A DNA stretch of 64,000 bases, from positions 120,280,001 through 120,344,000 of the forward strand of contig NC_042997.1 in NCBI RefSeq assembly GCF_006345805.1, written 5' to 3'. This DNA comes from Octopus sinensis (lineage: Eukaryota). The notes beneath the pieces were generated by a model, which worked only from the letters and a program-made list of their open reading frames with translations, did not search any database and was not told where the DNA came from. The position numbers were made by a program, and so were the translations under genes. Positions 54,173 to 64,000 of the stretch are shown here, piece by piece (within the stretch, counting starts at the first letter, position 1; each line of letters opens with the position of its first letter).

Positions 54173-55316
54173 TAAACGGCACAGAGTTAGCTCATCATTT
54201 TTCAGTCAATGGGTTTATATATAAATATCGCTTGAAATCGGGGAATATACATATTATTATCATATAATATTATATTTACGGAGATGTACCTGCATAGCAA
54301 GTGATTTGATCTGAGATCGTGTGCTGAAACGAAAGCAATTGCAGCGTGGAAGGTGTTTGTAAGCCATATTATTATATTTATTATATTATATTTATTATTG
54401 TACTAATAGATTTCCATAGTCGCTTTCTCTCCGTAACTTTCGAGTCTTCTCGTTTCTTTATAAATATTATTTACTTTTTTAGGGACAAGGCCCGAACTAT
54501 TAGCGACCTCACCGGAATTTAAACTCAGAACGTAAAGACAGACGAAATGCCGCTAAGTATTTCGCCCGTTAGCGGTGTGCTAATGTTTCTGCCACTTCGC
54601 CGCCTTGGTTTGTTTATAAATATTATAAGGAATTCAAGTATGTATACGTAAAATTTGGATGAAATTTATGGGTGATCGTTTGGTCCTATCTGATGCGCGT
54701 GTAGCTATGTAATCTTTGGTATATGGGTTCGAGTCTGTCTAGGGTTAACTCAGCATTTTTCACTCAATTTGTTGTGTATATAAATATCGCTTTGAATCGG
54801 AGAATAAATATGTTATTATTATGATATATCATTATATCTATTATTGTAATAATATACTTCCATAGTCGTTTTATCTCTGAAACTTTCAAAGACTACTGAT
54901 TTGTTTATAAATATTATTTGTGCGTGTATATATAAACATGTTCCGAGCGCACGTACACACGCACATATTGGTTTTCGAATGAGTGTGTACAATTTCATTA
55001 GTTTTGTAGATTTTTTTAATCTCTTAGCTCCTTGAGTATATTTCATCGTGCAAACGCGCTACCTGAACATTCTGCCACGACGAAATACAAGTAGATTTTA
55101 TATCCCTGATGATTACAGTGAAATAATCAAATGTAAAGGATACATCTGAAGGAAGCAGCCTGCTACATCATTCTTAGGCATTTTCAAGTAGCACTTCACT
55201 AGGAAGGTACTGCTTCAAGGATATTTTTAAAATGGAGAATAGGATTTGTTCTCATTTTTCGAGAGAACTTGGATGGTGTGAGATTCACTGACAGAGCCTA
55301 CATAGCGGTGATACTA

Positions 55317-55372
<56 letters not shown>

Positions 55373-55429
55373 TCGTTTTCATATAAGTTTCAGGCTTGCG
55401 GCTGCGGCCATACTGTTGCTTTTTTTTGT

Positions 55430-55648
55430 TTTATGTTTCTTTTACTTGTTTCAGCCATTTGAATACTGCCATGGTGGAATACCAAATTTTATCGAAAAAC
55501 TCGGCACAGGACCTAATGTTTGTAAGCCAAGTACTTATTCTCTCGGTCACTTTTGGCAAACATCTAAGTTACGGGAACGTACACCAACATCGGTTGTCAC
55601 GCGATGGTGGTGGGAACAAACACAGACACAGAAACACACATACACGCG

Positions 55649-55688
<40 letters not shown>

Positions 55689-55812
55689 CGTCTCAAAAGG
55701 CTTTGGTCGTAACGAAGATATAGTAGAAGACACCAGCCCAAGGTGCCACGCAGTAGGACTGAACCCGGAACCACGTGGTTTGGAAGCAAGCTCCTTTCCA
55801 CACTGCCACCCC
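55430..55812 (-). mobile_element. SINE family 1 copy
   Basis: Head GTGGCAGTGTGG...GGTTCCGGGTTCAGTCCTACTGCGTGGCACCTTGGGC on minus. Confidence 0.75.
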
Positions 55813-55814
55813 TA

Positions 55815-55875
<61 letters not shown>

Positions 55876-55926
55876 GTCTGTCTGCCTTTCTATCTGTCTA
55901 TCTATCTATGTATATATATATAAATG

Positions 55927-57040
55927 CAGGGTTTCCCCCAAAATGTATACGTACTTTAAATAATTGTAAAGTAGGTGTTTAATAAAATACATTTGATTTT
56001 CAAAATTTAATAGAATCTACAGATATTATTTTATTGTTTTATTAACGTCTGTTTTCAAACTGACGTCCTTTCTGGTCCAGGCACTGCTGACAACGCGAAG
56101 CAATGGAATCGCAAACATCATGAAACTATTCATTTGGTATTTGTGTACATTCTCGTTCAGTGGCTGCTCTCAAATCAGCGACTGTTGAAGGTTTCATAGC
56201 GTAGACTTTGTCTCTTAGGTATCCCCCAAAACAAAGTCTAATGGTGTGAGGTCTGGTGAACACGGCGATTATTCAGTGAAACGCCTTCATCCAATCCAAC
56301 TGTTTGGCAATATCTTATCGAGAAAGGAACTAACATCGCGATGGTAATGTGGAGGTGCCCCATCTTGCTGAAAATAAAGCTTCTCATCATCAAAGTCATT
56401 TCTGATGCTTGGCATGACAGACCAATCACAGTAGCGTCAAAAAAGAATTGTCTAATTAATCCTCTTGATGACGAGCCAAAGCACACTGTAACTCTTTGTA
56501 AATTAACATAGTGATCCACTACAGCATGCAGATCTCAGGACCCCAGTAGGTGCAATTGTGGCGGTTACCTGAACCATTTAATTTGAATGTAGCCTCATCA
56601 CTAAAACACAGTATATATTGGAAAGAGTGCATCTTCTACATAACATGCCAAGTACCATTCGCAAAACTGCATTATTCGATCTGGATCATCGTCATTAATA
56701 TTATGGACTATATTTGGAACGTAAATTTCCATTCATAATGCTTCAAAATGCGTTGGACAGACGATTTTGAAATACCTACATCACGATTCGCTTGCCGCAC
56801 TGATTTTCTTGGACTTTGCTGATACGTTTCCAACATCCTTTCTTTCTTTGTTGGGGTTGTCAATGTTCGGGGTCTTCCGGAACGCTTCTCGTGGACATCC
56901 TAAACAGTTCCATCGGCTTCAAACTTATCTCTAATTCGAGTGATGTTAAGTCGCGTTGGTTGATCTATTTGAAACTCCATCCTAAACGGCCTTTGCATTT
57001 CAACTGCATTTTCACATTTCTAGTAGTATTTTAGAATATG
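55927..57040 (-). mobile_element. Decayed DD41D (rosa/Visitor-type) Tc1/mariner transposon, one end visible
   Basis: Manual translation gives [22 protein letters not shown]...SPDLTPLDF with 41 codons between D2 and D3 (two in-frame stops), and GYLRDKVY. Terminal CAGGGTTTCCCCCAAAATGTATAC. Confidence 0.85.
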
Positions 57041-58264
57041 ATAACGAGAGTACTTTTGACGTGAAGGTGGGAGAGGTTTTTTCTATATTGGCATGTGAGG
57101 TCGAGGGAAAATTATAGATCAGCGTTCATAATGTAGTAGCAGCAGCAGCAGACTTTTTGGTGAAACGAATTCAGATCTACCGTAGCTTGTAGCGAATCCT
57201 GAATTACAACGAGGTGGAATTAGGTCAGATAGCGACACCAAAGAAAATGGTGCATGCTGCTGGCTAACAGATCGTTAAAGTGGCACCTGAACTGTTCCAT
57301 TAGGTCAGTCGGTGCTCTGCATCCATTGACCTGTATAGCTTCTTGTGTTTCCATGAGAGTGTATATGATAAGGAATGTGCGTGTATACCGAAAGGAAATA
57401 CCTTGTGATTGCTTTCATTTTGTTTTTGAGTTTTGAGAAATGAATGTGAAACTAATTTTTCAGCTATTTTACGGTAAAAACTAACTGTCTTTCTATCGTT
57501 GTGACAAATTTCGTTTTCTTACCAGTGGTGTATGTCTATATTTACTTGATAGACTAGTATTATACACTTTACCTTAGATATCGCTAATTTAATGTATAAT
57601 GGTGTATGAGCCGGATGAGGGTTTATCGTGCGTGAGAATACGTTACCTTATGTAAATTAAATCTAACCACCGAAAACAATACTTGGTAATTTTCTAAGGA
57701 AGAAAGTTTAGCGTACAAAAAATTATGTTTATAAATCTTATAGGAGATAGTTAATGTAGCCATTTATGAAAATATAAGGGGAGGAGGAGGAATTAAAAAG
57801 AATGAAGTGGATGTGCATTAAGGACTCTGGTTTACTCAAAATCCGTATTACGATAAAATAGAAGTATAATAAAAGAGAAACTGAGGAAAAATGGTAATTC
57901 ATGTGTATATACAACGATTAAGGTTCTACTATACTTACGAAGAGAGATAAAAAGAAAAAGTGAGATAAAAACATTTTAGGAGATGTAGTAAGAAGAGGAA
58001 TATAGAACCAATAAGGCAATAATTTAGAGAGGTGAAGAGAAAACGAAATTATAATTGAGTTGGGGAGACAAATAAGAAGAAATAATCATCAAGTATGGGT
58101 TGTTTTGAGAGAAGGGAATGTTAAAAGATATTAACTCTTTTAACTTCGTCCATTTCAACATCAACCGTTATACTTCTACCTACCAGCCTTACCATAAGTC
58201 TATTTCTTTATTACCCACAAAAGGCTAAACACTGAGGGGACAAACATGGACAGACAAACGGATC

Positions 58265-59775
58265 AAAAATCTAACAATAATATAACATATATGAATGCGC
58301 ACAGCAACCATCCACACAACATTATAAAAAACCTGACCACGAACATAGACAGAAGAATATATTGACTATCATGGAACGAATAAATATTTAATAAACATAA
58401 TGACTATTATAACCTAGCACTTAAGAAGGCAGGACATCAATATGAAATTAAGTATAACAAAGATAATAGCACCAGTATAAATCATATGAAACATAATTGC
58501 AAAAATGATAAAGTTAAAATTAGTGAATATAATAATTATAATGAAATAGTATATCCTAATAAACAAATAATGAAAACCCCTAATAATAGTCATGAACATA
58601 ACATCAACAACACGCCTATCATCATTATAATAACAATACAAAAAAACTCAAGCATTATGAGCACCACAACAGAAGTAAACTCAGAAAAAAATAAAAGTCT
58701 CAGTAATTACTACCTTCCTAACCACACTAATGTAAATAAACCTATAAATACTGGCAACGTAAACCATAACTGTATGATTATATAATTAAAGTCAAGAATA
58801 GGAACATTAAGTTAAGAAACAGAAAAACACAGAAATAATCAAAATAAGACAAATTACTATAATGATTTGGATAACCATAATACTCTAATTAATAAGGATA
58901 AGAACAACATAATAAAAAAGAAATCATGTATGAGAAAAATTGACTCTCTGAATCCTACACAATTCTTTATCAAAGTAGACAACCAGAAAACCATTTGGGT
59001 AATAATTCCCTTTGCAAAACACTTAAAATCGAAATTTATTAGATCCATAAGAATGATTAATAATAAAAACTTAAAAAACACAAAATGCTCAAAAAGATTT
59101 AATAAAATGTATATTAGATTTGGATTTTCCGTTTCTCCCAATTCTTTTTAGGATAATATCTTCATTTAATAATAAGAAATCAGATTAATTCTATGAAAAC
59201 AAAATTACTGAAACTATACCTAGAACCGCCAATAATACTAATAATAAACCGTATAATGCTACAATTAACACTATTAATACTGCTAATAACCATAAATCTT
59301 ATAATTCAACAAAATATACATGTAGCACAACTAAACCACGCACGAACACAAATTGCAATTGCAGAGGTCCTAATGCTTGTAAATTAGAGAGAGATTGTAA
59401 AAAGAAAGACGTTGTATACCACACAACAATTAGAACACAGGGTTACACATACACACACAAACACACACACACACACACACACACACCACATATATACACA
59501 CACACACACACACACATATATAGGTTGCATCAAAACCGACTTAAATCTAGAATTTCGAACCACAAATCCAACTTTAGGGACTCTCTTACTCTTTTACTCG
59601 TTTCAGTCATTTGACTGTGGCCATATTGCAGCATCGCCTTTAGTTGAGCACATCAACCCCAGGTCTCTTTTGCCGAACCACTAAGTTACGGGGACGTAAA
59701 CACACTACCATCGGTTGTCAAGCGATATTGGGGGGCCAAACACAGACACACAAAAATACACACACACACACACAC

Positions 59776-59813
<38 letters not shown>

Positions 59814-60165
59814 CATACGACGAGCTTCCTTCAGTTTCCGTCTACCAAATCCACTCACAAGTCTTTGGTTGGCCGAGGCTATACTAGAAGACACTTGCCT
59901 AAGGTGCCACTCAGTGGGACTGAACTCGGAACCATGTAGTTCGTAAGCAAGCTACTTACAAAAAAAAAATCCACCTCAAAAGAAAGAATATTAATTACTC
60001 AAATTTTTCGAGATAAAATCTTCTACTTCTTCTTACGGAAGTAACAATATAATATGCAGTTTGTGTCTAGAAGAAGGCTATAATATAATGAGAATGAATG
60101 GAAACATAGTTAATACGAGGGATGAAAAAGTGTCTTATGTAAACACATGTCAAAATTCTTATTCG
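58265..60165 (+). mobile_element. Decayed Penelope-like element ORF (RT thumb, linker, GIY-YIG endonuclease), interrupted by a CA microsatellite and a SINE
   Basis: YMNAHSNHPHNIIKNL...YNLALKKAG; WVIIPF...KRFNK..IRFGFSVSPN; CNCRGPNACKLERDCKKKDVVY (59354-59419); YIG (59517-59525); SRISNHKSNF; CSLCLEE..VNTRDE..CKHMSKF. Confidence 0.85.
59581..59958 (-). mobile_element. SINE family 1 copy inserted in the PLE endonuclease
   Basis: Aligns to the reverse complement of 63391-63797. PLE coding similarity resumes after it. Confidence 0.85.
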
Positions 60166-61011
60166 TGAGTCTAAAAATACCTATTAACTACCTTATTTCT
60201 TCGTTTGATACATTTGAAAAAAAGCACATTCTACTCTCCCTTGTAACTTAATATAGAAACTTCTCCTGTCCCCATTGTATTACTATAACATAAATTCCCT
60301 TTATATACATGATTTTGATATTTCCTTTATGATAATTGAAGGACCTTCTATATATAGGGCCATTATGCAAACTGTGTCTTTCTATACATTTTTCCCTTTA
60401 CATTTGGGTATATGAATTTATACTTGCCTATTTACATATTTACTCCTATGTTTTTGCACACACGCGTATGCGTGTATGTGTACTTTCTATGCGCTTAAAA
60501 ATGTATATGAACCTGTACATGCATGTCTGTGAGTATGTACACCCATTATGTATGTATATATACATATATATATGTGCAGGTGTATTTGGGTGTTGTATGC
60601 ACATACATATGGATATATATATGCTATACCATCTTCTGCACGGTGATATTTTTGTATACCTGCGTATTTGTATTTAAGCGTATATACTTATATGTATGAC
60701 CTTGTATACCTGTGTATATGTACTTCATATTTTTCTCTCTCCCAACATATCTATATCACTAAATACTTGCATATGTTATTTGTTATTCCTTCTTATAACT
60801 GAGTATACTTTTAATACTGGTATATATACACGTATATATTATTTTGCGGTTTTGCGTGTTTGCATCTATGTATGCATATCTATATATGCCCCTATGGGTA
60901 CCTATATATGAATACATATGCTTTTTATGTCTATATGTATGTATATGTGTGTATTTATATATATATATATATATATATATGTGTATATGTATATATGTAC
61001 GTATATACATT

Positions 61012-61050
<39 letters not shown>

Positions 61051-61077
61051 ATGTATATATGTACGTATATACATTTG

Positions 61078-61118
<41 letters not shown>

Positions 61119-61135
61119 ATACTTATATACATTTG

Positions 61136-61166
<31 letters not shown>

Positions 61167-61793
61167 ATTTTGATTTACATATGTATGTGTGCATTTGTAC
61201 ATGTATATGTATGTGTATCTAGTGAGTATGTATATGTATATATATTTGTGCATCCATATTCTTATATGCCTCTATATACATATATGATTGCATATACATA
61301 CACTCTACTCCATATATGATAAGCATTTATTCTATAATTTTGTAACATTATATGTACCTCAACATATATCTATCTACTCGCAGATCATAATAATAATTAT
61401 ATTTTAACACATGTTTGCACTGAAACTATATAACGTGTAGTATTTATTCCGATACAACCTTAGGTGTCTTATTCTTGCCGCAAAGAAAAGTTCTTAATAA
61501 TCTTAAATAAGATAATATAATATAATATGAGAACATAGTATAATATACTAGACCTTATTGCGATTTGTGTTCTGCTGGGGAAGATTGTTTGAGTTGCACC
61601 TAAAAAAAATATCCATCGTTTTATTTGTCTTGATACTTGTGAAGTCATATCCGGATAATTTTAATTTTACAGTTTAAATTAAAATTCATAATGATTTCGT
61701 CTGCTTTGCTAAATGTCCGCTAAAATTGCAAATTTGTATTTACAATATAGTCATTGTTAAATCACAGTACGAAGCATAGAAATCTTTTCCACT

Positions 61794-61862
61794 CAATATG
61801 GCCACAGTCAAATGACTGAAACGAGTAAAAGAGTAAGAGAGTCCCTAAAGTTGGATTTGTGG
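61794..61862. repeat. 69-bp perfect inverted copy of 59560-59628
   Basis: CAATATGGCCACAGTCAAATGACTGAAACGAGTAAAAGAGTAAGAGAGTCCCTAAAGTTGGATTTGTGG. Confidence 0.9.
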
Positions 61863-62352
61863 CACATAATATAGAAATATAGAGAAACAAATACCCTCAA
61901 CCCCAACGTAGCTATTCATTATTCACTTTTCAAATGTCATTATTTACTTTTCAATTTCCGTTGACTGTTGAATTTCAGCATCAAGTAACCTATATGTTCT
62001 AAACGAACATAACTCATACACCAAGAACATATGCATCCATATCCAATACTTATAGAAATTCTCCCATTGCCGCCTCTATTTTAAAGCATTTTCTACTCCA
62101 TGAAATTTTAATTTGCTTCCACATTCTGAAAGTAAGCCAAACTTATAAATTATTTTCGCACATTCTAACCTTGTTCATAAATATATATCTGCAAAATTGT
62201 TTTACGCATTATAGGGACCACACACACACAAATCTACTCCCACACAGAATCTATAAATCTTTCGAAACTCTCTCTCTCTCTCTCTCGCTCTCTCTCTCTA
62301 CCTTCATCTAATATATATCTCTTTCAATCGACTTTCCGTCTATCTATCTATG

Positions 62353-62435
<83 letters not shown>

Positions 62436-62478
62436 ATTTATTTATCTATCAACATATCTATGTATCTATGCATCTCTC

Positions 62479-62574
<96 letters not shown>

Positions 62575-63390
62575 GTCTATCTATCTGTCAGTCTTTATAT
62601 ATTTGTGCAGCGGTGTGTTATGTAAGCGTACGTGTGTATTCTGTGTGTGTTCTTGTATTCAATGATTGGGTCACTGTTGTACCGGGGCAAATAGGCCCCA
62701 GTACATATTCATTGTTTTGTTTTTTTTGCTTTTGAAGTCTTATATTTTATTGATTTATTTTCACATTTGTGTTATGTTTTTTAACCGCTAATTTAGGGGG
62801 AGTCGTTAAGAAACCAGCACACGTTGTAAAGCGGTATGGGAACAATGAAGTTATTGTTTCTTATTGTGTCGCTCCCGCTTAGCCCAGGTTATTCACTTTT
62901 ATTACAAGCCAGCTGTAATTCACAAATCTAGTGTTTGAAGTAAAGTATATCTTCATTCTGCTAAATGTCTTTACATAACCTCAAATTCCATTTTCCCTCA
63001 TAGCTGTTGTATCTTTCAAACAATCACACACACACACATGTATACACCTACACATATGGGTGCAGGCGTGGCTGTGTATAAGATGCTTGCTCCCAAACCG
63101 TATAATTCATGGTTCCGTCACACTGCATGGCAACTTGAGCAAGTATCTTTTATTATAGCCTCGGGCTATATATTTGTGTGTGTGTGTTGTATGTGTATGT
63201 ATGCGTGTGTGTATACGAGAGTGGTGTGAGTGTTTATGTTTTTACTCACCACCGTTTGGTTAATGTGTGTTCCCCTTAAATTAGTGATTCACCGAAAGTG
63301 ATGATAGTATATGTAAAATACTTTAAAATATATAAACAGAAGTTCTGAGTTCGAATCCCAGACGAGCCCTTTTTAATGTTGAATGTTTTA

Positions 63391-63544
63391 GGCGCAGGAG
63401 TGGCTGTGTGGTAAATAGCTTGTTTATCAACCACATGGTTCCGGTTTCAGTTCTACTGCATGGGCAAGTGTCTTCTACTATAGCCTCGAGCCGACCAAAG
63501 CCCTGCGAGTGGATCAGGTAGACGGAAACTGAAAGAAGCCTATT

Positions 63545-63592
<48 letters not shown>

Positions 63593-63797
63593 TGTGTGTC
63601 TGTGTTTGTCCCCTCAACATAGCTTGACAACCGATGGTGGTGTGTTTACGTCCCCGTAACTTAGCCGTTCGGCAAAAGATACCGATAGAATAAGTACGAG
63701 GCTTGCAAAAAATAAGTCCTGGAGTCGATTTGCTCGACTAAAGGTGGTGCTCCACCATGCCCGCACTCAAATAACTGAAACAAGTAAAAAGAGTAAG
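63391..63797 (+). mobile_element. SINE family 1, full length (older copies at ~63058-63340 and ~11575-11840)
   Basis: GGCGCAGGAGTGGCTGTGTGGTAA...GGTTCCGGTTTCAGTTC...GGGCAAGTGTCTTCTACTATAGCCTCG...CTGAAACAAGTAAAAAGAG. Confidence 0.88.
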
Positions 63798-63849
63798 TAA
63801 AATACGTAGTATTTTTGGAGGAATTAATTTCCTTAAAATAATCGGTGTG

Positions 63850-63932
<83 letters not shown>

Positions 63933-64000
63933 GTTTATCTCTTATATATAAATCACAGGTTGTGCGTAGAATGACTAACACATACATTTACACAATTCTC

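Noticed and set aside
57605-57690. CGGATGA...GAAAAC hammerhead-like ghost upstream of the PLE relic
   Set aside because: The core is mutated, with no stem I and no proper cleavage triplet.

Overview
AT-rich, microsatellite-saturated eukaryotic DNA with no intact protein-coding gene. It is most likely intronic or intergenic cephalopod (Octopus-like) sequence; this is inferred from the tRNA-derived SINE families, not from a database search. Almost all supplied ORFs are microsatellite artefacts. The real content is transposon debris: three Tc1/mariner families (DD34E, DD34D, DD41D), a head-to-tail array of R4/Dong-type LINE pieces separated by (AAT)n, RTE and CR1-like fragments, a non-autonomous Helitron, three SINE families and a decayed Penelope-like element (PLE) with a GIY-YIG domain. 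The most interesting signal is five different short non-coding repeats (A 5.5-6.5 kb, B 38.1-39.0 kb, C 53.6-54.2 kb, D 13.7-14.0 kb, E 3.9-4.3 kb) in PLE-like tandem or inverted arrangements. Each carries a type-I hammerhead ribozyme (HHR) motif, intact or decayed. Families A, B and C have ~325-362 nt retrozyme-sized units and share a covarying multi-hairpin motif just 3' of the HHR cleavage site that I cannot assign to a known RNA family. All folds and alignments were done by eye.
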